A stretch of 64,000 nt of DNA, taken from contig NC_043006.1 of the NCBI RefSeq assembly GCF_006345805.1, forward strand, positions 30,566,001 through 30,630,000. The letters are read 5' to 3'. The DNA is from Octopus sinensis. Lineage: Eukaryota. Numbering within the stretch: position 1 is the first letter of the stretch; each line of letters starts with the position of its first letter. Both the position numbers and the translations under genes were made by a program. The notes beneath the pieces were generated by a model, which was not told where the DNA came from, made no database searches, and saw nothing but the letters and a program-made list of their open reading frames with translations. This document shows positions 22,564 through 35,560 of the stretch, one piece after another.

Positions 22564-24576
22564 TGAGAAGATGGGGCTGAGAGGAAGGTTTGGCAAAAGA
22601 GACTGATAGAATAAGTACCAGACCCCAAAAAATGTAAGTCCTGGGATTGATTCATTTACCTAAAAAAGATTCTTCAAGGCAGTGATGCCCCAGCATGGCT
22701 GCAGTCTGATGACTGAAACAAGTGACATAAAATGCCATAAAAAAAGCAACTACAATATTAATAAGCTCTAAATCTTAACGTCTCCTTGGTTGAATCCTCC
22801 CGAAATAAATGTTCTCAAATCTACAGATAAAAGATTCTTATTTCAGTTGCTTAATTCTTCAAACGAAATAAGTATTGGTAAAGTAATTCACTTTCTGGTC
22901 TCTAATAATAATAATAATAATAATAAGTTAATGTTTGAATAATGATGATTATGGATGTGGCTAAAAGGCAACTGAAGGCTGTGTGCTTGTGTGTGTGTGC
23001 TAGAAATAAATTTGTTTCCAATACAGAAATTATAGATTTCAGTTTATTTCTCTGGTAAAGAATTGCCTCGTTGTTGTGGAAAGAAGCTTTACCATATGCC
23101 ATGGGCCCAATAATAATAACTTGTGTAAATGAGCCTGTAATCACTCAGATTTTGGATTCCTTGGATGTGTTATATGCTGGGGCAGTTTGAAATTCCTTGC
23201 AGCTAAATGAGTTGATGGAACGAAGTGATGGAATGTATCTCAAGACCTTAACAAGCAATGATGCTTTTCACTAAAACATGGAAATAGCTGCAGCATCAGA
23301 ACAATAGAAATATAAGAGAGATGCTGGTAATGGTGAGAGGGAGGGGTGTGAGTTATGAGTATAATTTGAAGTGTTTGGAAGCATTTCTGGGTGATTAAAA
23401 CCAGAACTGAGGTGGATGTGAAGATTAGCTTCCCATATAATAAGAAAAAATTTGGTTTAGGACAAGGTGGACATAGTCATTACATGCTTTATCAGTCTGT
23501 ATATATAGAAATATCTGTACAGAATGCAGATTAAATGCTCTCTTTATATACATGTCTATGCGTATATATGTAAAATGTAAAAATCTATCCATCTATTATA
23601 TATATACATTACATGCATATAGAATATATACCACATTACATGTATACATACATGTGTACGTGTATCAGTTTTTTTCTTTTGTTTCAGTTATTTGATTATG
23701 GCCATGCTGGGGCACCATGTTGAAGAGTTTTACTTGATACTTATACATATGTATGTGCGTGCACGTGTATATCCTCATCATTTAATGTCTGTTTTCTATG
23801 CTGGCATGGGTTGGGTGGTTTGACAGGAGTTGGCCAACTAGAGGACTACACCAAACTCCACTGTCTACTTTGGCAGGGTTTCTATGGCTGGGTGCCCTTC
23901 CGATCTATGTATGTGTGTGTGTGTGTGTGTGTGTGTATTGCTGTTTTCTTGTTGCCTGATAGTTGCAAATGAGTGTTGCCCTCATGTGAATAGTCTCCTT
24001 TGTTTCCCGTATTCCATGCTTGACCATGGGGGTTGGTGACAGGAAGAGCAGTTGCAGAAAAACTGTCAACAAATTCCATGTGATCCATACAAGGGTGAAA
24101 AAAAAAACTTATGTTTTACTTGTTTTAGTCATTGGACTGTGGCCATGCTGGGGCACTGCCTTGAAAGGATTTAGCTGAACTAATCGACTGCAATTCTTTG
24201 TTTTTTTAAATCTGATAATTATTCTGTTGGTGTCTTTTGTTGAACTGAAGTTACAGTTGTGAAGTGGTTGGGGAACAAACAACAACACACACACATCTGA
24301 TGGATTTCCACATAGTTTCCATCAACCAAATTCACTCACAAGGCATTGGTTGGCCCAGGGCTATAGGAAAAGACACAAATCAGCAAGCTTAACCACACAG
24401 CCATTATATCATCATCATCATCATCATTTAATGTCCATTGTCCATGCTGGCATGAGCTGGACAGTTTGACCAGACCTGGGGAGCTGCACTAGACTCCAGT
24501 CTGATTTGGCATGGTTTCTATGGCTGGATGCCCTTCCTAATGCCAACCACTCCAAGAGTGTAATGGGTGCTTTTAT

Positions 24577-24905
24577 ATGTATACGGAAGTTCCTGGAGAG
24601 GATAGCACCAAACTTTGGTGGTTGGTGTAGTTCTCAATGCCAAACTGGACATCACTGCACTGTTCTAAATGTCCCAGCCATCTCATCCAGAGTGAAGACT
24701 ATGTACTGCAACAGCTTGGGATTCAAGGGCCCATGGCTATTTAATATCTTCCCAAAGAATCTGAGAGTTCTACATGGAGTGGAGGTAGATGTTTTCAAGA
24801 AACAACTTGACCTTCTGCTGTCCAAGGTCCCAAATGAACCTATATCACCGCAAGAAACTCAAAAGAGGGCACCAATATCAAACTCCCTCCTTCACCAAAA
24901 GCCAA
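24577..24905 (+). mobile_element. CR1-like LINE 3' end fragment
   Basis: From ORF 24506..25021: NSLGFKGPWLFNIFPKNLR...FKKQLDLLLSKVPNEP...SNSLLHQ; sandwiched between two SINEs. Confidence 0.7.
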
Positions 24906-24907
24906 TC

Positions 24908-25099
24908 TCTGAAATTTTGGTGGGAGGGGGCAGTCAATTAGATCTATCCCAGTATGCAACTGGTACTTATTTTGCCAACGTTGAAAGGATGAAAGGCAAA
25001 GTTGACCTTGGCGGAATTTGAACTCAGAACATAAAGATAGACGAAATACCACTAAGCATTTCGCCTGGCATGCTAACGTTTCTGCCAGCTATCCGCCTT
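24908..25099 (-). mobile_element. SINE family B, well-preserved copy
   Basis: Same core; other copies near 12840-13038(-), 30030-30200(-), 30830-31010(-), 33718-33940(+), 41549-41765(+), 44520-44680(-), 49350-49490(+), 53866-54090(+) and a cluster at 56860-58190(-). Confidence 0.85.
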
Positions 25100-25399
25100 G
25101 AAGAATGGCCATTGAGAAGGTGATGACATTAGCAGTACCCCACCATGACCACACTCTTTGAGCTGAAATGCGTGAAAAAAATAAGTGTTCCAGCATGGCC
25201 ACAGTTGTCAAATGACTGAAACAAGTAAAAGATATATATCGTTTTTAGAAAAACATAAATCTTGAGAGGCACACTCTAAGAGGTAGAGCAGTCTATATTT
25301 TTTTAAATAAATATATAAAATAATTTGATAACTATAATCTATGATGCATATATTATAATGAGTATATATGATTAACTTTCTGAACACATGTTCAGACCT

Positions 25400-27176
25400 A
25401 CATTCGTGTACTGCTTCCATATGTAGAACACAGTTCTGCTGCTACACAGACACACAACCGTTCTAGAGAAGAAATTCAAGATTCTCTTCCCAGCAGACGT
25501 TCAACCACATCAGTACAGCACTCTAACACTACTACAACCGTCACTGTTCCTTTGAACTGAGTAATTGTAGCGTCAACCTTTTTCTCCTGGTCTCAGTTCC
25601 TGCAAGATCTTGCATTAAACGCTTAACCAGTCAGTTTTGTTGGAACTGCACATCCTTGCTTCGCATTTTCCTTCAATTTCCACCCAACCCCTTTACACAT
25701 TGACAAAAATAAAAAAATTCAAGCTGAGCCCATGTCGAATCACTGCGGAAGTGTTTGGAGCCCTTGCTATCGTTCTGATTTAAGCGAGTATGTCTGTGTG
25801 TGTTGTCTTTTTTTTATTATTGTTTTGCCCTACGTAAGGTGGTAGATGGAGCCCAGCACGCAGTGAAACCCCAAAAGTTAGCCATCGGGTTCCTTTTGTG
25901 GGGTTCACCAATGTTAAAAGAATTCTTTAAACATGTATTTCTTTCTATGATGTATTTACACAGTAAATGTACACTTATAAACATAGTCCTGTGATTACAA
26001 TTAAATATATGCTTTGTTGTATACAAAGCATATATTTGATACACGCAAATAAACGCACAACCTTTCTTAGCTCTGTCGATTCTTCGTTTCCCGCCCTCGT
26101 TATCTGCGCCTCTCCCTATCTTCCGCAACTACACGTTTCTTTTGTATTATCTTTGAAATACCTAAAGACTCTTTCATAACACTCTTACGACCACCTAGCT
26201 TCCTAGTCACACACACATATATTGGAACATATACTTATTTTCTCACCCATACACGCTTTTGTCTTCTTTTTTTTTATTACAAACACGTTTTTACACATGA
26301 TTTATGCTGGAAAATACATTCTCATGCAATCATACACATATCTATGTGTGTGCCATACACACATATATACATGCGTGCATACTACACATGAATACATATG
26401 TACGTAGATTACACACACTCACACACATACATATATTAGTGGGTGGGTAAAAAAATGATGGGGTGGAGATTGCTGTGATAAAATACAGTCGTCAAAATAG
26501 AGCATCCATCCATTGGAGAGAGGGAGGGAGAAAGAGAGAGAGCGTGTGTGTGTGCTCAGAACGTACAGACCACAACACCTCGATTATAAATTGGAGAAGG
26601 ATTTTAAATAATAATAATGATAAAAATAATGATATAATTTCGAATACAATTCCTGTTTCAATGACAATGATAATGTTGATATTCATAATGGTAAAGAAGA
26701 GAGAAGAAAAGTTGAAGTAGCAGCAGCAGCAGCATCAAACGCAGCAGGCATGGATCTGGCGTAGTTTCTCTAACAAGGAAGTGTAACGGCATCATTATCA
26801 TCATCATTACCATCGTTACCACCACCACCATCACCAGCTTCTGCTTCTTCTTTTCACCATCATCGTCACCGTCACAAGCACCACCAGCAGAATCACCAAT
26901 TACTATCACTATCAACAGCAGTATCTCCCACAATAGCAGTAACAGGGCAAAGCCCAGTCAGTATCAAGCGTTTTATCATTTTGTTCGCTTGTTCGCTCAT
27001 TCATTCCTCATTGGAACCGATCGCTACGGTTGGTGGGCAAATTCTGAAAACAAAACCTCTACGAGTTGTTTGTGTCACACGTACATAGAGGGTCGCAAGA
27101 CGACAGACCAGAATCCGAAGCAGCTCGGTTGTGTATGTGGGGGGGTTGCTAGGAACGAAACCGGCAACATATCACA
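25400..27176 (+). promoter_or_regulatory. Probable M-Ras promoter / 5' leader region
   Basis: Visibly more CpG than the flanks, little repeat content, CGGAAGTG (ETS-like) at 25746-25753, CCGCCC GC-box at 26091-26096, CAG/CAT/CAC tracts at 26717-26940. TSS not determinable. Confidence 0.45.
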
Positions 27177-27360
27177 ATGGTGAAACCACCTAATGACTCT
27201 AGCACTTACAAGTTGGTCGTAGTCGGAGAAGGTGGTGTCGGTAAGTCGGCACTCACTATCCAGTTCTTTCAGAAACTGTTTGTTCAGGATTATGACCCAA
27301 CAATTGAGGATTCATACATACAACACGAAGATGTTGATGGAATATGGTGTGTCTTGGACG
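27177..27360 (+). CDS. MRAS: M-Ras (R-Ras3)-like small GTPase, coding exon 1 (61 codons + 1 nt)
   Basis: [61 protein letters not shown]: G1 P-loop, effector loop YDPTIEDSY, and the TIQFFQK and W-x-x-LD features typical of M-Ras; strong donor G|GTAAGT at 27360/27361, just before the expected VLDTAGQEE. Confidence 0.88.
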
Positions 27361-29845
27361 GTAAGTGTCCTACTATGCAACTTCATACCCTTCTCTCTCT
27401 GCTTATTTCTTTCATCTTTTACATTCACACGCGCCTTTTCCCCCCTTTTATTATCCATTCCACACTCTCTTTTACTGCCTCTTCTTTTATATCTCTCTCA
27501 TTTACTTTCTTTTTCTCTTCTCTACATCATGTCATACAAACACATTTTCATTTATTCCTCTTTCTTACTCCTTCTTCATGTCCACACGATCCCTTCTCTC
27601 TCTCATATTTTTTCTCTCATTCATATAACATCCACCCACTTTCTTCTTTCCTTTCTCTTTCAACGTTATTCTTTCATTTTCGTTCTCTCTCCTCCCCTAC
27701 ACATTGCTTCCATTTTCCTTTATTTGCTCTTGTTGCCACACTCTTTCATTTATTCTTTGTCTCTCTTGGATAATTCTTTCCGTTCACATGTGCAGCATGA
27801 CTATTTTAAAAACACATAAACGCACCTATCTATACACACACATGAAAAATATAGGAATTCTCGAACGGTAACAAGGAGGTCGCTCATAAATCTGTCCACT
27901 TGTCTGCGTAGTTCTTTATGTGTGTGTTTATGTATGTTGTATACTACAACCTTAAGTGTATATTTTTCAACTGTTGGTATTGAAGAGATAACCTATTGAT
28001 AGGAAGATACAGTAATTATCTACACATGTACCACTGCATGTGCGCGCGTGTATGTGTGTATAGTGTGTGTATACGCACTAGATGTGTATCACAGATTCAC
28101 TTCCTTTATACGCTCAAAAAACAAAACAAGCAAAATAAAAAACGCACATTTACAGAAGCACGCATACATAAATTCAAAGACACACACGCGTATACATACT
28201 GCTGTTGTTTCATTGCTGTGTACATACTGAGGAGGACTAGACGCAAAAGATAAGGACAGATTAAGTTAAAATGTGTTATTAATCAACATGTTTAAGTAGT
28301 GTTAACTAATTCTAGGAGCCTTTCCACCACTGTTTCAACACACACACACACACCTTGCATTCACGCAAAGATCTGGTGCCACCAGATTAAGAATCCGCCT
28401 CACATGGTGGACTAGTTGCAATGGTATAAACCCATAGACTTATCGGTGAACCTCGTAATTCCTTATATCAATACTGTATGTATCTGATATTTTTGTTATC
28501 GATTACAAGGGAATTAAAAGCCCTTTATATTGTATGTTCAAATATTGTTCATTTTTGTAGGGTCGATAAAATAAAATGCCAGTCAATTACTGGGTGGGTT
28601 CAACAAGTCTGAGATTAAATTGAATTATTATAATAGATGACCGGCAAAACCGATGGAACTTGACGTAAAGGGACGAAAAATAGATTTAGTCCTCAGTGTG
28701 CGCTTTTACCATTTTACGGCCGTATGTTGTTTTTTTTTTTTAATTATGTTTTTCAAATTTATCAGGTTAGAAAAATGGTAATTTACAACGTTCAAGCCCC
28801 GCTTGAGGATGATATTGGCAACATAATAAGTAAAAGGAAATAACTTGCAATTAGGGTTGCTGCTGCACTTCATCGAAATGTGACATTCACAACATTTGAA
28901 TAGCTGTGATCCATTGAAATAATCGATTCTAGTATACAATTGATACTTAGTTTTTCGATTCTGATAGGAAGAAATGATGTTAGATTTTTTTATTCTTGGC
29001 AGGATTTAAATTCAGGATCTTGAGAAGTCCCTATAATGTCATAAAACGTCGGTCCGTTGGCTCTGTGTGGTTTACAGACTTCTAAGAATTCTGGGGTTTT
29101 TTTGGCAATATCACAAAGCGTTTGGGGAGTGAAAACGGGATGCTGTTTTGACCTGGGCTTTAGCAGCACTAATGAAGTGAAAGTGGATTTGATAGGGAAT
29201 TGAAACCTTGTTACATACTCAGTTCGGCGTTACAAATCTGAGGTTATTTCGCTAATACATCTTTCATCATCCTTATAACAAGGATTTTCCCACCTCAAAT
29301 TGAGCCCTGTGCATGCCTAATATGTATTTTACCGACCCAGATGAGTTGAAGTTAGCCTCTGAGGATTTGAACCTCAACTGAACAGATATAAAAATTGTCG
29401 TGTTAAGTGGAATTTAACTCCAGAATCATGAAGGGCCAAACTGAATACATTTATTCTGAATCTCCACCATACACACATAAATAATAACAAAAAAAATTCC
29501 AGGACTGCCGCAGACAATGAATGTGTGTGAATTATAACGTTTGTTACTTTTTCAATCGTTACACAGAAGTAAATGTAAGAATTTTAACCAGGAATCGAAA
29601 CTTGCAAAGCGTATTCACTACAGAAGAACCTCATTACTTTCATGTTGGGAAATTGTTTTCGAGTTTATATCATAGTTGCAACGAAAGCTCAACCTATTGA
29701 TTACATGTAATTGTAGAAGACACAAGAAAACGGACAATGTGACAAAAAGTGTCGGATTAAATATCTTGGAGAAATTAGTTTCGTCCATCATCAACATTAC
29801 TCAGTTAACTATTTAGGTGTCATTTGGATTCGATTAAATCGACTA

Positions 29846-29889
<44 letters not shown>

Positions 29890-29896
29890 ACACCTC

Positions 29897-29972
29897 CGGT
29901 CATTTAAGTCTGACGAGTTCCTATAAAGCTGAGCGCTTTATAGGCGCGAAACCAGTGGTCACTCTCTGACCG
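29897..29972 (+). ncRNA. Type I hammerhead ribozyme, intact core, predicted cleavage after C29960
   Basis: CUGACGA 29910-29916; G10.1-C11.1 (29917/29947); GAAA 29948-29951; stem III ACC-AGU-GGU; GUC triplet 29958-29960; stem I AGU/ACU, internal loop, CGGUCA/UGACCG; stem II with a perfect 10-bp helix CCUAUAAAGC/GCUUUAUAGG. Confidence 0.85.
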
Positions 29973-32900
29973 CCAACAAACAACCTTCTTTTGCAAATGT
30001 GTTGTGTGGTCAATATATTCTTCTTGTATTATGATTCGACCCACTACTTGATTGATATTTTATTGACCCTTAGTTGGTTAAAAGGCAAACTTGAGCTCAG
30101 CAGTATTTGAACTCTGAAAGTAAAAGGTATTAACTGAGTCTTGCAGGGAAGTTTGTCCGACGCTCCACCGATTTTGCCAACCCACCAGCTCAGATATTGT
30201 TCCTCTATTAATTATATGCGTGTATATATGACAATTTCTTTCTCGTATATAATTTGGATATCATTACAGGAAAAAACACACGCAATTCTGTTTGCCAGAG
30301 TTCAAGACATGACAATATTCAAAGATATCTTAAATCAACGAAAGAACCTGCCCTTGAAAGTGAGGAGTGTATTTCTGAATATGAATTTGGTTTAGGTTGT
30401 GAGTGTGTGAATGTACACTTGTTCATGTGTTTGTCCGAACCACATGTCTGGGATATTGAACCATTAGTTGCTAAAATATATTTCACTGCAAGCGTTTAGT
30501 CTTTCCTTCGATTGATGCTATTATAAATGCTACCATAACCCTCAATTTTATTAGCTGATGGAGAATAACAGGTTGTAAAAGCTAAAGTGCTGTGACGACT
30601 GGACATTCGTCATTGGTTCACACCACGTCACAGAATATGGAATCATTATTACTCTTAGGGATTTACTTAATTTAGACGGTGACGAGGATTTGTCAGTCTT
30701 GTGTGTTTCCCGTATTTTGTCCATGTTTTCTCCTCATTAGCCAGTATTACACATACACAGGCACACATTGATTAAAGGCAATAACTTGTTGAAGTCGATG
30801 GCTTGTGGTGTTCAAAGGTTGTTTCACTTTTAGGCACAAGCCAGCAATTTTGAGGAAAGGGGTTAGTCGATACAGTTGACCAATACTCGACTGGTCCAAC
30901 ATTTTATTGACCCTGAAAAGATAAAAAGCAAAGTTGACTTCGTCAGGATTGGAATTCAGAACGTAAAAAAAAAAAAAAAAACCGGAATAAATACATCAAG
31001 ACATTTTTTTCCCGATACTTCTACGATTTTACCATCACGTCACTCTTTTATAGTGTTAGAAGATGAATGACATGAATTTCTTCATATTTGGCCTTGTCCT
31101 TTAACATCTCTATAATGTTCCTATTGTTTAGCTCCAGATCAGCCGTGATTCAAAGAATTTACGATCAGAAGCAGTCAAGCCGTGACAATCTCGTCTGTGC
31201 ATCCGGTTCTACATTAACCAATGAGTTTTTCCCTTTTAAGATAATACAGGGAAATTGAACGAAGATTTGGCTGCTATTTCTAGTAATTCGATAATGTTAT
31301 TTCCTTTTTAACACATACAAGCACTATTTAAAGGAACGTATGGAGGGGTCATATAAAGGTTTCTTCTGAAGTGATCCAACTAACAGTCGTATATTTACAA
31401 TGTGGATAAGTATCAGAATGCATACGAATATTAGTTCGTTGCATGAGCTGCAGATTTTGTAACGGTCATGTTTGTTTCGAATGGTAATCGAAACTGAGTC
31501 GTTGAAAAAATGAGGGTTAACGAGTGCCATGTCCTGCTTTCCTAAAAGTGTTAGTGATATACGTGTCTCATTAATGAAGATATACTAATGAATGTGCACA
31601 TGACTAGCAAAAATCCACTTAGGTATTTAAATGTAAGTTATTACATACAGTAACATAGGAAGATGTATACACGCTCGTGTGTGTGTGTATAAACGTGCCT
31701 TCATATACACCTAAGTACCTCGCATTCAACCACACACAGCTTGCGAACACTAATTCTCTTCTCGCAACCTGTTTAGCAACGAATAGTCTTCAGATTTCTC
31801 ATCACGGTTTAATGCTTCTACTCTCAACCACCACCACTGCGTTTAACTCGGCTTTCCTAAGGTGTGACATGTGTCTTTCACAAAATTAATGGTGAAAAGT
31901 AAACTATTTCACCAGCATAGCTCTACACAAAATGTCATTACTTCCATTCCCACTTTTTACCCTTCTCTCTGCTTCCATCTCCATATCTTCACAACCTGTT
32001 ATTACTTTCTTCCTCATCTCCTGCCTCACCGTTCATACCATCTTTTGCTCGCCCATGAGGCCTGTGTTAATCCCTATCAACTGCATTGTTTGAATTGGAA
32101 ATCAGAACACAAAAGATTTTGTTGGTGTGCCGTGAGACGAAGTGAATAAAGATTGTCTCCAGTGGATCCCATTGTGGGACAATGTCTACCGATTAACATA
32201 GAATATTCTTCTAATGCTAATGGTTGTCTTTGTTTACCACGTTATTTGAATTCCCTAGTGTCTGAGCTCTTTCCTCACAAAGAAACAAAGCCTTATCTCT
32301 AGAATTTGGATAACAAAAATAAGTGTTACATGTTGAACATTAGAAAAGTGTTGCTTATATTTTTATTATTCTACTTATTGTACCCATATATGACATACTT
32401 GAGGTGGGCAGGCAAGCACAGGGAACTCCTAATGCTGTCGGAAAAGGGTGTGCACTCTAATATACTCACATTCCACGAAAATATTTTAAAATTAGACCAA
32501 TTTTAGCAGTACTTTGAAGCCATATGAAATGGGTACTTAGACACACCCTGAGAAGCGGTATTTAGTAATTAAATAACTGATGTCATTTACTAATTATTAG
32601 CCATTAATTATGATATCTCAGTCAAAAGTCGAAACTTATGGCAGACTCTAAACTTCAGTAATTACATTCTTTCTATATGTAGACATTAAGCTCAGGACTG
32701 TATAAAATGTTTGGACTGCATCATTATCCTTTTATATAAATACGTGTTTGTAAGCACAACCTTAAAACCTATCGGAAGTTGAGTGTAACAAAACATATTT
32801 AGTCATTACTCATGCCAATGATAGATTAATTACTTCATAACAATCAACCCCATTTTTAATTACCATGATATCACGGTAATGATATGGTATTTAAAAAATA

Positions 32901-34349
32901 CATTTAAATAAACTTTAGATGAATACATTGTGGATTGCAAGGCTTACGCGTATACTTTGTACTTTACACGATGCTGTATTTGTTATAGGATGTGACTTGT
33001 AAAACCTGAGCCTTTTCTTATTATTTTGATCACAATTACAAATTTTTTCCAGTTAAATCATTGTTAGATGTCCATTTTCTATGCTTGTACAGATTGGACA
33101 ATTTGACATGGGTTCGTGAGCCAGGGGACTGTGCCAAGCTTTAATGTCTGTTTTGGCATGGTTTCTTTAGCTGGGGCTGCAAGACAAGACACCCCCCCAT
33201 CCACTGAGTAGGGGAATTAGTATTGAATGAGGTGGCTTTATAGCAGCTGCTGAGAGGTTAAAGTATGACTAAAGGAAAGACACAGATGTCTTACTGTAAG
33301 TGGGGTTACATGGCTACCCCAGTTGGAAAAGAAATAGGATAGTGGTGAAGATGTTTCACGGCATAATCTAAAAGGGGGCCATGTTGATGAAATAGTAGAC
33401 GAAAGTAGGGAGAATAAACCACTGCTCAAAGTTAGCTTCTGTTTGATTAAAATAATTTGTTGTTTTTCTGTTTACTCTTTGTAAAAGATGGGGAGTGTTT
33501 ATAAAACAACTGTGAAAGGGGACACAGAACTACAGAAGGGAGCGAACCACTGACTTCTATAAGCATCACAAACTATAAAGTATGTTGTAATATTGAATTT
33601 TGGTTCAAGATATTAGTGAGGTTTGAACCGTTTTAGATCAAAGAGAGAGAGAGAGAGAAATGTCAATTATAATTATATTTAATGAATCTAAGATTACATA
33701 CAGCTGTGATGCATTTTTTGAAGGCTGCAAGCTGGTAGAAATGTTAGCATTCCAGGCAAAATGCTTAGCAGCATTTCTTCTGGTCTTTTACATTCCAAGT
33801 TAAAATTCTGCCAGGTTGACTTTGCTTTTCATCCTTTTGGGATTGATAAAATAAGTACCTGTTACGCACTGGGGTCGATGTAATCAATTTAGTCCCTCCC
33901 TTGAAATTGCTGGCCTTGTACCAAAATTTGAAATCAATAATTAGTTTGATGGAAATGAGTTCACAGTAATTCGAAAGTGGTGTTCTGAGACAAAATTTAT
34001 TTCATGAACAGAGAAAGCGCCAGGGACCACCTATGCAAGATCTCAAAGTGATATTCTTGGTTTTGAATATTATGTAAGTAAGCCACTGTAGAATTTTTTT
34101 TTTTTTTTTTTGAGATAAATCAGGAGTCCAGAAGACTGAAAAATAATTCCAAAGTTTCAAATAGAACAACATAAAAAAAAAACATCAACATAAGTACAAT
34201 ATCTGATCCAAATATATTGACTAATATTTATATTAAAGGGTTGCAATTCGGAATCCTTGAATTAGAAATATAAAAAATAACATACTGCTGAGCACAATCA
34301 TGAATGATTATTTTAACAGACAGTGTGACATGAGAACACTTTACTGATT

Positions 34350-34605
34350 CAGGGGCTGTCTCAAGCATAGATACACTGGGCAGTTGCATAGGGGCCTTCA
34401 TGGGTCTAGGGTTGTCGAGGAAAATTGTGGTCTATGTATACTGTGATTTGTTGCCAGTTAATATATACAGTACAAGCCAGGGCATTGATGTGCCTTGTAG
34501 CCTTCATGGGTGCAGGGGCCCAAATCAGATTGATGTATGCTGGGGCTTGCTGTCAATAAATAAGTGTTATAGAGCTCAGTGAATTAATTTGCCCAGGGGC
34601 CTGTT
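34350..34605. repeat. Unclassified interspersed repeat with internal duplication; related copy at about 45347-45530
   Basis: Shared ggggcctt..tgggtctag, ggtctatgtat and ttgctgtcaataaata blocks. Confidence 0.45.
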
Positions 34606-35269
34606 TTGGGTTGTAAATGAAGAAATAAACTATATTATACAGTAAATAGTAAAACATGAGCAGATTGCTCCATGATGGGGTTTCCTAGCTTAAGATTGAA
34701 GATGATGGTCTTGTAAACTAATCTTATAAAAAAAAACACAATATAAAACAGATGTAAAAGGAAAAGAAAATGCTGCTTTATTGTTTAATCTTTCTGTTTG
34801 TTGCACTTTAGAAAAAACTATTATGGAATAAAAAGGGCAAACATCTTAGATGTTTGAATTCTTCAATCACTTTCTTTATGATGTCATATCAATCTGGTAA
34901 TAACTTTTTCAGCAGGTTGTTTGTTCTTACATTGAATATTTATAAAGCAGATCAGTGTTTATCTAGTATTGGTTGATTCTAACAAGGTCTTTTGTAAAAT
35001 TTTCTCAGAGTGAAGTCACAGTATCGTGGCAATAACACTATTATCATTTTAAATCATAGCTTTGTCAAAATCACTGGATATAAATCACTGGATATAATAT
35101 TACACTATCATGACACTCTATTATCATTTTAAACTGAAACAGAAGCTGGATTTTTTCTTATGTCAGGAGGCCACGTTAAAGCTAACTGACATCTGAGAAA
35201 GCCACCATAATAAATCTTTAACATGTCTCAATCTCACTTATTGTATAAAATATAATTATTCATTCTTTT

Positions 35270-35560
35270 AGCTTTTGAGAGAGCACATTCAAAATGAGAT
35301 AATTCAAGAATGCAGTGGCGTGAATGATGTGATTGCAGAATACTGAAAGCACAAATTCCACTGGGCTGGACATGTTGCAAGGTTCACAGACAACAGGTGG
35401 ACCCATGCAGTTGCTAAGTGGTATCCAAGAGGCTGGAAAAGGCCCCTTGCCTCCATGATGATGGAAAGAGGATTTTTTGAAGCAATTTGGGTCAAGATGG
35501 AAAGGAATGGTGTAATCAAGATAAAATTGGAAGTGCATTGTGATCAGCAGTATATCACTG
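35270..35560 (+). mobile_element. RTE-like LINE C-terminal fragment (second family)
   Basis: NEIIQECSGVNDVIAEY*KHKFHWAGHVARFTDNRWTHAVAKWYPRGWKRP. Confidence 0.75.

Noticed and set aside
27361-27773. Remainder of the 198-aa ORF 27177..27773
   Set aside because: After the GTAAGT donor at 27361 the frame is CT-rich low-complexity intron read-through with no Ras G3-G5 motifs.
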